Shown here in pieces: positions 54,002 to 64,000 of a stretch of DNA of 64,000 bases (positions are counted from its first letter, which is position 1; each line of letters starts with the position of its first letter). Source of the stretch: an uncultured Gemmatimonadaceae bacterium (GTDB lineage Bacteria > Gemmatimonadota > Gemmatimonadetes > Gemmatimonadales > Gemmatimonadaceae); NCBI GenBank assembly GCA_963716745.1, contig OY970320.1, positions 2,720,001 through 2,784,000 of the forward strand, written 5' to 3'. Made by a program: the position numbers and the translations under genes. The notes below the pieces were generated by a model. It was not told the DNA's origin and searched no databases. It saw only the letters and a list, made by a program, of their open reading frames with translations.

Positions 54002-55469
54002 ATGAGCTTGGGCTCGACACCGCGCACCGCCCTCGAAGTCCTCATTGCACTGACTCTCGGAGCAGTCGCGTGGGCGATTGGCGGCTCGCTTCGCTCGCCG
54101 GAGCTCCCGCCGAGCGCTGAGACGCTTCAAAGCCCGCGTCAACCGATTCAAACTCACGCGCAAGCCGTACATCCGCACCACGCTGCTCGCCGACTCCGCG
54201 ATCGAGATGCGCCGTGAAGTCGCACGCCGCCGAGCACGGCGAGCCCGTCGAGAGAACCTGGCAGCGCGTCGACGCGTACATCGACGAGATCGTCCCTCAC
54301 TTCAATATTTTCGCGTACTACCGCGCCGGCTACGTCGCGAGCCGCGCGGTGCTGAACTTCCTGTACAAGGTGAGCCTCGACTACGAGGATCTCCCGGCGC
54401 TCGACGCGCTGCCCGACGATTCCGTGGTCATTTACCTCATCAATCACAAGTCCAACGCGGACTACGTGCTGCTCGCGTACGTGCTCGCGGGCGACGTGTC
54501 CATCTCGTACGCCGTGGGCGAGTGGGCGCGCGCGTTCCCGCTGGAGTGGGTGTTCAAGAGTTTCGGCGCGTATTTCATTCGCCGTCACTATCGCGAGCCG
54601 CTCTATCACACCGTGCTCGAGCGCTACGTGCAGCTCATCACGCGGAACGGCGTGACGCAGGGGATCTTTCCCGAGGGCGGCCTGTCGCGCGACGGGCGGC
54701 TCAAGCCGGCGAAGATCGGGCTGCTCGACTACGCGCTGGGCGTCGCGAAGGATCCGGATGTCGCGAAGCGCATGGTGCTCATCCCGGTGGCGCTCAACTA
54801 CGACCGTGTGCTGGAGGACCGCACACTCATTCGCGAACTGCGCGCGAAGGAGGGCGGGGAACGGGTGGGCCGCGTGCGGCAGGCGCGCGAAGTGCTGCGG
54901 TACATCGGCTGGAACGTGGCGCGCACGCTCACCGGGCAAATGGAAGCGCTACGGCCGGGCGGCGGTGACCGTGGGGCGGCCGATGCGCATCGAGCCGTGG
55001 CTCGCGCGGCATCCGGGCATGCTGTCATTGCCGCGTGAGCAGCGGTTGCCGGTGGTGCAGGAGTTATGCGACGAGGTGATGGCGCGCATCGGCGCGATCG
55101 TGCCGGTGACGTCCGTGGCGCTCGCGTGCGCCGCGATCCAGAGCTTCGACCGGGATTTCATTCCGCGCGCGGAGCTGCTCGCGCGCATGGCGGAGATGCG
55201 CGATGTGCTCGTGGAACTCAACGCGCGAGTGCTGCGCGCCGACCGCGACATCGCCGAGACCTTCGACCGCGCCTGGCGGATGCTCGAAATGCGGCGCATG
55301 CTTGCGGAGACGGGCGGCGGGTACTCGGTGCTGCCGGGGAGCCGGGAGTTGATCAGTTACTACGCGAATGGCATCGCGCACTTGCTTGGCGATTTCGAGG
55401 CCGGGCATGCGTGCGAGGGATGCGCTGCCCATGGAACGCGTGACCGGGGGCGTGGCCGCGGCGCGCTGA
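54002..55469 (+). CDS. Glycerol-3-phosphate/lysophospholipid acyltransferase (PlsB/PlsC-like), frameshifted
   Basis: NHKSNADY (HX4D), GAYFIRR, FPEGGLSRDG, IPVALNYD. Confidence 0.85.
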
Positions 55470-55545
55470 GCGCGATCGGATCGCGTACAGTCGCGATTCA
55501 ATCGATGATGCTGGCCGCCGGCGGCGCGGCATTATGCATCTCGGC

Positions 55546-56658
55546 ATGCCCACCCCGCAAAAGCTGCTCGATGTGGTGCGCGAGCGACTGCAATTGCGCC
55601 GCGCGAGCCCGAACACGATCGAGGCTTACACCGGTTGGATCCGCCGCTACGTGCGTTTCCACGGCGGCCGCCATCCGCGCGCACTCGGCGAGCCCGAGGT
55701 GACCGCCTTCCTCTCCGAGCTGGCCACCCGGCGGCGCGTCGCCGCGTCCACGCAGAACCAGGCGCTCGCCGCGCTGCTCTTCCTGTATCAGGAAGTGCTC
55801 GGCGTCCCGGTCGGGAATCGCTCAAGGATGTCGTGCGCGCCAAGCGTCCGGCGCGCCGTCCGACCGTGATGTCGCGCGATGAGGTGCGCAGCCGTGCTCG
55901 GCGCAATGGATGGCGCGCCGCGGTTGATCGGCATGCTGATGTACGGTGCCGGGCTCCGGCTGCACGAGGCCTGTTCGCTGCGGGTGAAGGATCTCGACTT
56001 CGCGCGCGGCGAGATCATCGTGCGTCACGGCAAAGGCGGCCGCGATCGTCTCACCATGTTGCCACTTACCGCGCTCGACCCGCTCCACGAGCATCTCGAG
56101 CGCGTGCGGCGGCTGCATCAGCGCGAGTTGGCGGCGCGGCGCGGCTACGTCGCGCTCCCCGACGCCTTCGCGTTCGAAGTCGCCGGCGGCCGCGCGCAGC
56201 CTGGCCATGGCAGTGGGCCTTCCCCGCCACGCGCGGCTATCGCGACCCGGCCACCGGCAACTGGCTCCGTCATCATCTGCACGACACCGTCGTGCAGCGC
56301 GCCGTCGTCGCGGCCGCGCACCGCGCGGGACTGAGCAAACGAGTCACCACCCATACCTTCCGCCATTCGTTCGCGACCCACCTGCTCGAGAATCGGCTAC
56401 GATATCCGCACCGTGCAAGAACTGCTGGGCCACAAGGATGTGAGCACCACCATGATTTACACCCACGTCCTGAACAAGGGCGCGCGCGGCGTGCGCAGCC
56501 CCGCTGACCTGCTGGACGGGTCCCCTCCGAGCGAACCTCCCTCTGCGGAAGCTCAGCCCGGCGCCGGCGCTATGCGGACCGGCTCCGTCGGCATATTCAG
56601 GGGGCGAATCATCGATGGCAGAGGAGTCAAGTCACCATGGCGGCATGGGATGCGGTGA
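55546..56658 (+). CDS. intI: Integron integrase (several frameshifts)
   Basis: [37 protein letters not shown], IntI-specific insertion (VALPDA...WQWAFPA...RHHLHD), [33 protein letters not shown]. Confidence 0.95.
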
Positions 56659-56734
56659 GAAATCCCCAATGCGTCGAGTTGACTATGCGGACCCGTGGCT
56701 GCAAGGTTGATGGGGAAGGGATGCACTTCACGTT

Positions 56735-56752
56735 GCATAATCCTAGTTAGGC
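56735..56752 (+). other. Candidate attI site
   Basis: GCATAAT-ccta-GTTAGGC; the GTTAGGC complements the GCCTAAC that opens attC1. Confidence 0.7.
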
Positions 56753-56775
56753 CGCTCACCTGATTAGAGGCTGCC

Positions 56776-57354
56776 TTGTTGTCATTGAGTCGTAGCGCTC
56801 TCGACGCACTGCGGTTCTCGACTGATGTCGAGGGTCTGCTCCGTGGGGTGACCGCCATGACTCAGCCGACTTCGGTCTGCACGATTCGTGTCGATGACTG
56901 GTTTGACAGCAAGTGGTTGGGGTTCTCTGGCAAACTTGTCGGCGCGGTCGGCGTTTGGAATACCGAACTTACAGTACCCCCGTTCAATCCGAACCGAATT
57001 CGGGAGGAACGCTGGTTTGATGTTGGACGAGACGCTGCGGCCAGCGAGCCTGGAAGGAGGCCCGCCATTCATCGTACGATGCGTAGCGACAGCAATACGA
57101 CTCGCCAGATAGCGACCGTTGCGCCGCACGTGCTCTGCGGCTGGTATACGGCGAACTCGGCGGAGATTGGCCGCGGTGCTTTGATGGTCTACGCGCCGGT
57201 GGCCGAGGGCTATTGGGCTTGGTACGTCGCAGCGAGGAAGGGTGAGCCGTGGAAGGTGACTCGAAGTAAGGGCATCTCGACGCATAAGCTGGATACGCTC
57301 GTCGATCAAACTTGCCGCCAAGACGGCCTAACTGCCGTTGCAGCCGACGGGTGA
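56776..57354 (+). CDS. Cassette 1: hypothetical protein
   Basis: ORF fills the space between attI and attC1 (VDDWFDSKWLGFSGK...VPPFNPNR); ends inside attC1. Confidence 0.7.
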   Translation: MLSLSRSALDALRFSTDVEGLLRGVTAMTQPTSVCTIRVDDWFDSKWLGFSGKLVGAVGVWNTELTVPPFNPNRIREERWFDVGRDAAASEPGRRPAIHRTMRSDSNTTRQIATVAPHVLCGWYTANSAEIGRGALMVYAPVAEGYWAWYVAARKGEPWKVTRSKGISTHKLDTLVDQTCRQDGLTAVAADG

Positions 57355-57418
57355 GCCATGGAGCGCTCGCTTCGCTCGCACTATTGTATCACCCGCGGCT
57401 GAACGCACTTCGTTAGGC
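57326..57418 (+). other. attC site 1
   Basis: GCCTAAC...TTGCAGC...GCTGAAC...GTTAGGC, imperfect palindrome. Confidence 0.92.
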
Positions 57419-57445
57419 CGCAACCGAACTCTTTGTCAAGGTGAA

Positions 57446-58045
57446 ATGGGTACAGCAACTGAGGACGGCTCGAACGGATATGAGGCGGTCGCGAACATCT
57501 ACATTGCTGGACGAGGTACCCGTTCCCGCGTCGGCGACTCGATGGGTGCCGCGGTCGTCAAGGCCTGGGCAGATGCCTTTCCCCTTGGCGCGACGGTGCT
57601 CGAGGCGGCTCGGGTCCCGGTGAACCGAGCACGCGGATCCTCCAAGAGGCCGGGCTCACGACCTACGCAGTCGACGCGTCGCCGACCATGGTCGCAGCGT
57701 TCCGCGAACGATTTCCGGGGGTGCCGATCGAGAGAAATACAGTTGAGGTTCGGAGTTCTTCAACCGGACCTTTCGTGGCGTACTTGCCTGGGGGCTGTTG
57801 TTCTTACTCGACCGGCAGCGCAAGCGCTCGTCATCAGAAAGGTGGTGCGCGCACTTGCGCCCGGGGCGCTCTCTCTTCACTGCACAGCGGCAGCCCTTGG
57901 AATGGTTGGACGCCATGACCTAGCGCCGGTCGCGATCCCTCGGCGAGCACACGTATGAGCGATTGCTGCACGATGATGGCCTGGAGTGGGTCGACGGCGC
58001 CAGGACGAGGGCGAGAACCACTACTACTTCGTCGAGAAGGTGTAG
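57446..58045 (+). CDS. Cassette 2: class I SAM-dependent methyltransferase (frameshifted)
   Basis: ATVLE.GSGPG, YAVDASPTMV, VLAWGLLF, ALAPG, DEGENHYYF across frames. Confidence 0.75.
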
Positions 58046-58158
58046 GCAGATGTCTGCTTGGACAGGCTACGACGACCGAACCAACGTCCGACACTGGAAA
58101 TGGGTTGTCCAAGGCGCTCGGATCGATCTAACCGCCACTGAGTTTGACGCGCATTGCG

Positions 58159-58257
58159 GCCTAATCTATGTTTGCAGCCGACGAACGATTTAAGGATTGC
58201 GCATGCTGCGCATGCGCTTCTATTTGACTCGTTCGCAGCTGAACTGGGGCGTTAGGC
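58159..58257 (+). other. attC site 2 (divergent type)
   Basis: GCCTAAT...TTGCAGCCGACGAACGA...TCGTTCGCAGCTGAAC...GTTAGGC. Confidence 0.85.
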
Positions 58258-58290
58258 GTCCCCAATCACAAGAGCCGGTGCGAGAGAGAG

Positions 58291-58715
58291 ATGACAGCAA
58301 CTAAAGAGATTCGAAAGCGCAGAGAGGAACTCGCCGGCCTGGCTCAGCGGGTCGCCAGGGAAGCGTACGGTCTGGAGCTGGAGTACTCAGTGGAGTCGAT
58401 TCACAAAGTCGAGACTATTCTCGGTCAACTGCATAAGGAGTTCCGGCGCACTAAAGACGATGACGGCATGAATGGCTTGGCTCTCTAGTTCTGGCGCCGG
58501 CATCATCAGAGTCATTGAGCTCCACTTCGGCGCTGGCACTTGGGCTCGCAATCACGCCTCGCTTGGGCCAGATACGTTTCCGTACAAATGGCAAGGCCGG
58601 GGCGTTCTTCCAATACGTATGGGTGCCAGAAGCGCATCTTCGACGGCTGGCCGACGACGTTTGGGCCAAGTTCCAGACTCTGGTGGTTCAGAAGGCCTCG
58701 CAGGGCTCCGCCTAA
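58291..58715 (+). CDS. Cassette 3: hypothetical protein (in-frame stop and frameshifts)
   Basis: LEYSVESIHKVETIL...KRIFDG...DVWAKF; stop TAA lies within the attC3 R'' box. Confidence 0.65.
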
Positions 58716-58802
58716 CTGCCGTTGCAGCCGACGGGTGAGCTATCGAATGCTCGCTTCGCTCGCATTATTGTATCACCCGCAGCTGAACGCACTTCGTTAA
58801 AG
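58710..58802 (+). other. attC site 3
   Basis: GCCTAAC...GTTAAAG, near-identical to attC1. Confidence 0.92.
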
Positions 58803-58878
58803 CGCGAAGCGACTGCTCACTTGAGGCAGAAACGCCCTACGAAACAGTCATCGACGTCGCCCGCGAAGGATTTGGCTC

Positions 58879-59330
58879 ATGGCGGTTCTCGGCAACGGGA
58901 TGTCGGCATCGCGATTGGCATTGATGTTCGACTACTTTCATCGGCATCCGACCCCCGTCGACGGCAAGTACCGGCCCGCTGTCGGCAAATTGACTGCCTC
59001 GTGCAGCGTCTGGTGGACGTCAGAGGCTTCGGTAGCACACACGTTGAGTACGCTCGCATGAGGGAAGCGTTGCGGACCGGCAAGTTCGTTGTCGTTGAGG
59101 GCGTGGTGTGGGACTACAAACCGGCGCCGGCCGAGGGGCATGCTTACGAAGAGTTCGACGTTGCGGGTCATCAGTATTCGTTTTCGGATTACGTGACCAT
59201 TGCCGGATACCACAAGTCACAATCGCACGGAGGATTGATCCACGAGGGGCTGCAAGTTAGAACGACGACGTCGGGGGGCAGATTGCCCGACTGGAGATCG
59301 GCGGAGCGGAGAGAATATGCCCGCTCCCTA
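58879..59330 (+). CDS. Cassette 4: hypothetical protein, probably membrane-anchored (frameshifted, ends approximate)
   Basis: VVEGVVWDYKPAP..GH.YEEFDVAG..FSDY...GGLIHEGLQVR...IARLEI. Confidence 0.6.
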
Positions 59331-59396
59331 GCAGAGCGTTGCCAATCGCGGAGCAAATCAGGGAGGCTTCCTTTCCTCTTAGGCGTTCACGGCGCG

Positions 59397-59489
59397 CCGT
59401 AACTGCCGTTGGAGCTGACGGGTGAGGTATCGAATGCTCGCTCCGCTCGCATTACTGGATCACCCGCAGCACAACGCACTTCGTTAGCC
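59397..59489 (+). other. attC site 4
   Basis: CCGTAAC...TTGGAGC...GCACAAC...GTTAGCC, same family as attC1 and attC3. Confidence 0.88.
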
Positions 59490-59515
59490 CGAGCCACAGG
59501 GATCGTTGAGGAGCC

Positions 59516-59724
59516 ATGTTCGCGATACTCTTGACCGTCCTTTGGTACGCGATTTGGATCCCCGTCATGTTCCTCTGCTTGGTCGTGACCATCATTGGTC
59601 TCGTGGTAGGATCGAGGGCTCCATTCGAGCGAATGCCGCTCCTGACAAACTATTCAGAGGGTTGCTCGAGGTGTTCCGGGCCGCTCTTTGTGTCGTCCAG
59701 CGCCTATTCGACCGCTGGCCCTAA
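59516..59724 (+). CDS. Cassette 5: small hydrophobic protein (frameshifted)
   Basis: RBS gaggag, MFAILLTVLWYAIWIPVMFLCLVVTIIGLVVG; TAA in the attC5 R'' box. Confidence 0.55.
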
Positions 59725-59813
59725 CCGCCGTTGCAGCCGACAGGTGAGATCTCGAAGCTCGCTTCGCTCGCACTATTTGTTGATCACCCGCAGGTAAACG
59801 CACTTCGTTGTGC
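59719..59813 (+). other. attC site 5
   Basis: CCCTAAC...TTGCAGC...GGTAAAC...GTTGTGC, same family. Confidence 0.85.
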
Positions 59814-60330
59814 AGACAACCGGTTCACAGACGAGGTGAAGAGATCATGCAGAACTTCCTGTCAGAAGCTATCAGACCTTAGCATAGTTCTGGCGCTGAT
59901 CTGTGTCCCGCTCGGTACGGGTGCGATCTTCATCCCCCTTGGACGAGGATCGCGGAGCGGTTTCGAGCAACAGGAGATCTCTTTGGCCTTGGTGCGAATT
60001 TGCACTTGAATCGGGCGGTCTTCGCGCGTTTCGATGGTATCGAAGCGACGTGGGCGAACTTGCGGCGGCGCTTGAACGAAACGCTGATCAGCAGCGAATG
60101 CTCATTGCGACCCTCCGTGAGCAGGGGCGAATCGATCCTGCTCGAGGCGCGGATACGAGCGAGGGGCAGGATTACCACCCCTCATGCACCAGATTTGGCG
60201 CACGTCCGTTTGTGCGTGCGTGAAGAACAGCGCGCTTCGCAGAGACGTCACGGGATTCATCGCAAGCACACTGAGTTTCGACGGCCGATATCTCGTTAGC
60301 TGGAGACTGAAGATCAGAGGAGACGAACAG

Positions 60331-60787
60331 ATGACCAAAGTGACACCTTTCTGATGTTCAACGATCAGCTCGAAGCTGCCATGGCGTTCTACGCCAGCAC
60401 GTTCCCGGATTCTGAGATGAAGAACGTCGCCCGCACCGGCAAGGACGTCGCATCACTTCCGCCGAATTCGTCATTGGTGGTCAGTCCCTCATGGGCTATA
60501 ACTGGTGGCCGGTATTCAAATTCTCCGAAGGCATCTCGCTTCTTGTCGACTGCAAAGACCAAGAAGAAGTTGATTAGCTATTGGAGCAAGCTCATCAGCG
60601 GCGGCGCAACGCCATGCAGTGTGGCTGGATCGCCGTCCGATTCGGCATCACTTGGCAGATCGTCCCAAGGCGTTTCATGGAGCAGATGCAGAGACAAGAA
60701 CCCGAGGAGCAACAGGCGGTGATGGAACGATGATGAAGATGGCAAGCTCGACGGACGGCAATGGAAAGAGCATACGAGGACGCATAG
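60331..60787 (+). CDS. VOC/PhnB-like (3-demethylubiquinone-9 3-methyltransferase family) protein, frameshifted
   Basis: MTKVTPFLMFNDQLEAAMAFY, FSEGISL, YWSKL, QCGW, FGITWQIVP; preceded by GTTAGCT at 60295. Confidence 0.8.
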
Positions 60788-60946
60788 TGCTGTCCGACAT
60801 TATCTGCGGCGGGAAGCGGTTCTTCGAGGGCGCCCTGGCCACCGCTCCGCATCATGCGAGCGATCGGATTGGCGAGGACGCGGTGCGGGCGTTACAACTC
60901 TACGTCATCGCGCGACGCGAGTTCGCCGCCCGGCTCATCGACCGCG

Positions 60947-61044
60947 GGATGACCCCCCCCCGTTGCAGCGCGCTCATGCTCACGATGCATTTGCAGGTGC
61001 TTGGCCAGCGCGAGCCGACCCGCGGCTGAGCTGGCGGCTTCGGT
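60947..61044 (+). other. Degenerate attC-like site
   Basis: ...tgac-ccccccc-cgTTGCAGC...cccgcgGCTGAGC-tggcgg-cttcggt retains the L boxes, but the R boxes are corrupted. Confidence 0.45.
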
Positions 61045-62377
61045 GCTGCCCTGCGTGCGAGAGATGCGCTGCGGCTACAGCGCGCGACAGGGGGAGTGGG
61101 TGCTCTGCGATGAGTATTAGTGCGACGACTCGCATGTAGCACGGCCACTGCGCGATCGAGCACGGAGTCGGCCGCGGGTGTTGGCGCGGATCCTGGAGTC
61201 GCCGCGACGGGCATGAGCGCATCCAACGCGAGCGCGTAGTCCAAGCAGAGCTGGTAGGCGCTGGACGAGAGCGACACGGTCATGTCTGAATACGGCCAAA
61301 CGGCGCCGAGGCTCGAATCGGGACCGCGAATGTGCTCCATCGGACGTCCCGACGGCCGCACGAAGGCGAAGGTCGTGATCTAGACTCGCTGATGCCCATC
61401 GCCATAGGGAACATTTCCTGGCCGTGCCCCTTCCCCATGACCGGTATTTTTTACCACCACGGCGCGGCGATTGTCCTGCAGGCTCGCGGCGACGAGTTCG
61501 CGACCGACTGCGTATATCCATCGATGAGCAGCGCCACGGGGAGCCTCGTGGTCATTCCTCGTTGTGCTGGGATGACCTGTATCGAATCATGGTAGCGAAA
61601 GGAGAAGACGGTGCCGGAATCGAGGAATCGATCGGCGACATTGAGGGCGGCGCGCACCAGCCCGCCGCGATTGACCCGCAGATCGAGCACGAGTGCCACC
61701 GCACCGGCCCTATCCACAGCGGCGATCGCGCTGTCCTACTCAACGGGCGTGCTGGCGGCGAAATGTTCGATGCGAACTTTTTCGATCCGTTGTTTGGCAT
61801 TGGCCATGTAGTCCCAATCGCCTGAATTTGAGGCGCCGAATGCCCCTGACGGTTGGCAGCGGAATCACCGCCCTCCGCACCGACACGCGAAGGTCTGCCT
61901 TGGCCAACGGGCGCGCGAGGGTGAGTCGCTACGGTCGTGCCACCAGGCCTCGGGAGACGCTCGTGATATCGTCCATTGATCGGGACGCCACGGCCCTGTC
62001 ATGGACCTCGAGCAGAACGTGGTTCACGCGGATACCGCCTTTGAGCGCTGGAGAGTTCTTGAAGACGCCGGTCACGCGTACTGTTGCGGATGCACTGTCG
62101 ATGGCGAGGCGCAGGCCGACCCCGGCGAACGAGCCCGAAACCGTACCATTGAGCTCGGCCCATTCCGCCGGTTCGAGATACTTGGGATATGCATCGAACG
62201 ATCTGATTATTCCATTGCGTGCAGCGACGCGCGGCTCTCATGGGTGATCGGCCGGACGTATTGCTTCCCGATGGTCGTGAGCAACTCCTCCATGGGCGGC
62301 CTCGGCGCTTCCAGTGGCCGGAGTTTGGCCGTTGCCGTGGCTGGGAGGCGCGTGACTACCAGTCAGAGGAGGATCAT
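61026..62377 (-). pseudogene. S41 family C-terminal processing peptidase (PDZ plus protease), heavily disrupted
   Basis: GSFAGVGL, NSPALKGGI, LVLDLRVNRGGLV, ADRFL, LPVALLIDG, ELVAASLQDN across frames. Confidence 0.7.
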
Positions 62378-62491
62378 GGTGCGCAGCGACCATCGGTTCG
62401 CTTCAATGGAAAACGCCTCGGTCGAGAGCGTTAATGATGGACCCGCAGGAGGGCCGTCCTGCGCCCTCTGCGTACTGCGTGGCGCCTTCGC

Positions 62492-62754
62492 TCAGCGATA
62501 GACGTCCCGGCGATGGCCGATCTTGACGACAATCACGACCACCAGAGCATCGTATGGATCTCATAGAGGATGCGGTAATTGCCCTTGGCGGACGCGGTAC
62601 CGCTCCTGGCCGGACAACGTCTTCGGCCCCCGGTGGGCGAGGGTCGGTGGCGAAGAGACTGGATGCGGCTGGCGACGCGGGCGCGGTCCTTCGGCGGGAG
62701 CTGCTCGAGTTCCTTGGCAGCCGAGCGCTTGATCTCGACCTTATAGCTTGCCAC
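62492..62754 (-). CDS. relE: RelE/ParE family toxin (frameshifted)
   Basis: YKVEIKRSAAKEL...DPRPPGA...RYRVRQGNYRILYEI...VKIGHRRDVYR. Confidence 0.88.
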
Positions 62755-62972
62755 GACGCTTCAGATCTTTGAGCACCGCTTCAAAGGCGAGGGTCGGCTC
62801 CTTGGCACGTGCATCGTACGCTGCCAGGTCCTCAGCATCCTCGGCCAGGCTGGTCCGGATCGCCTGGTTCACGAGCTCGGAAATGCTCCGCTCGGTCGAG
62901 GCCGACCTTCACCGGCAGGGCCTTATGAAGGCTCGGGTCGAAATAGACGGTGGCGCGTTTCTGGCTCGGCAT
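62741..62972 (-). CDS. Ribbon-helix-helix (CopG-like) antitoxin (frameshifted)
   Basis: MPSQKRATVYFDPSLHKAL...SISELVNQAIRTSLAEDAEDLAAYDARAKEPTLAFEAVLKDLKRRGKL; overlaps the toxin start. Confidence 0.85.
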
Positions 62973-62978
62973 GCACGA

Positions 62979-63007
62979 AAGATAACGTTATGACGTCATG
63001 ACGTCAA
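62979..63007 (-). promoter_or_regulatory. Toxin-antitoxin promoter with overlapping operator palindromes
   Basis: TTGACG-N17-TATCTT, 6 nt before the ATG; contains TAACGTTA/TGACGTCA/TGACGTCA in tandem. Confidence 0.75.
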
Positions 63008-63052
63008 GGAGGAGTCGGCGAGTGAGCTGGTCAATGCCTCGCTTGGTTTGAT

Positions 63053-63355
<303 letters not shown>

Positions 63356-63656
63356 CAGGAGCGGTGCAACGATGACCGCCCGGCATCGTTCTAATTAATT
63401 TCGGGATACCCAGACTGGAGGACGGCATCGAGTGCATGGGCTTCGCAGCAGGACCGCCTGCGCTGCCCGAACGTTGTCAAGAGGGCGCCGACGTGTGTTC
63501 AGGTCGAATTCTACCGCCGCCATTTTTTTTTTATTATTTTATTATTATAATATTATAATAATAATATAATAATAATAATATAATAATAATAAAAACGCAG
63601 CTGCCGATCGGCTGAGCGAGTTCGCGCGGCACCCAGGCCGCGCTGCATATTCCCGC

Positions 63657-64000
63657 ATGCCCGTCGTCACCAGCGTCGAAGACCTGCGCCGTCTCGCCGA
63701 GCGGCGCGTGCCGCGCATGTTCTATGACTACTGCGCCGCCGCAGCTGGACGGAGTCGACGCTCCGCGCGAACACGATGACCTGAACCGCATCAGCTCCGC
63801 CAGCGCGTCGGCGTCGACATCGAGCATCGCAGCACGTCCCACGATGTGCGGCACCGGCGTCGCGATGCCGGTCGCGCTCCGCTCACCGGACTCGCCGGCA
63901 TGATGCACGCAACGGCGAGATCCTCGCTGCGCGCGCGGCCGAGCGCTTCGGCGTGCCTTCACGCTCAGCACGATCAGCATTTGTGCGATCGAGGACGTCG
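63657..64000 (+). CDS. FMN-dependent alpha-hydroxy acid dehydrogenase (LldD-like), partial and frameshifted
   Basis: MPVVTSVEDLRRLAERRVPRMFYDY...TGLAGMMH.NGEILAARAAERFGVPFTLST. Confidence 0.8.

Larger units (their letters stand above)
55546..61044 (+). mobile_element. Integron: intI, attI and cassette array (may extend to about 63 kb)
   Basis: Integron integrase followed by ORF-attC units on the same strand; visibly lower GC than the flanking DNA. Confidence 0.9.

Noticed and set aside
55470..55545. LexA/SOS box upstream of intI
   Set aside because: No CTGT-N8-ACAG or GAAC-N4-GTTC match visible
57326..59813. Repeats as a CRISPR array
   Set aside because: The repeats are about 93 bp with RYYYAAC/GTTRRRY ends, are separated by gene-sized ORFs, and there are no cas genes; they are attC sites
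63522..63595. AT-only low-complexity tract (possible origin or promoter)
   Set aside because: Essentially no G or C and next to the poly-A; looks like basecaller noise

Overview
High-GC bacterial chromosome segment. Protein style and gene content suggest Gemmatimonadota (inference). It appears to be error-prone long-read sequence: indels break essential genes (ligA, rpoC) and become much more frequent after about 44.7 kb, and the window ends in a 298-nt poly-A and an AT-only tract. 1-34 kb is housekeeping (fadD-like, parA-like, ligA, pdp, MATE, recF-dciA-gyrB, glpK, ABC exporter, uvrA, sdaAB/AA, pspA, cysS). 34-48.4 kb holds tRNA-Thr/Tyr/Gly/Thr-tuf-rpmG-secE-nusG-rplKAJL-rpoBC. It is followed by a truncated PAS-histidine kinase-receiver gene bracketed by long palindromic elements, then a CDGSH/nirK cluster. 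The main find is an integron whose integrase (55546-56658) is co-oriented with and upstream of its cassette array (reverse-type architecture). It has a candidate attI, five clear attC sites plus degenerate ones, mostly uncharacterised cassettes and a RelE/RHH toxin-antitoxin pair at the distal end. Other oddities: two dispersed repeat families (21-bp-period palindromes and heptamer hairpins), an exact 39-bp direct repeat flanking nirK, a CcmF-like protein lacking heme-handling motifs, an ABC ATPase lacking its signature subdomain, and several apparently leaderless genes.
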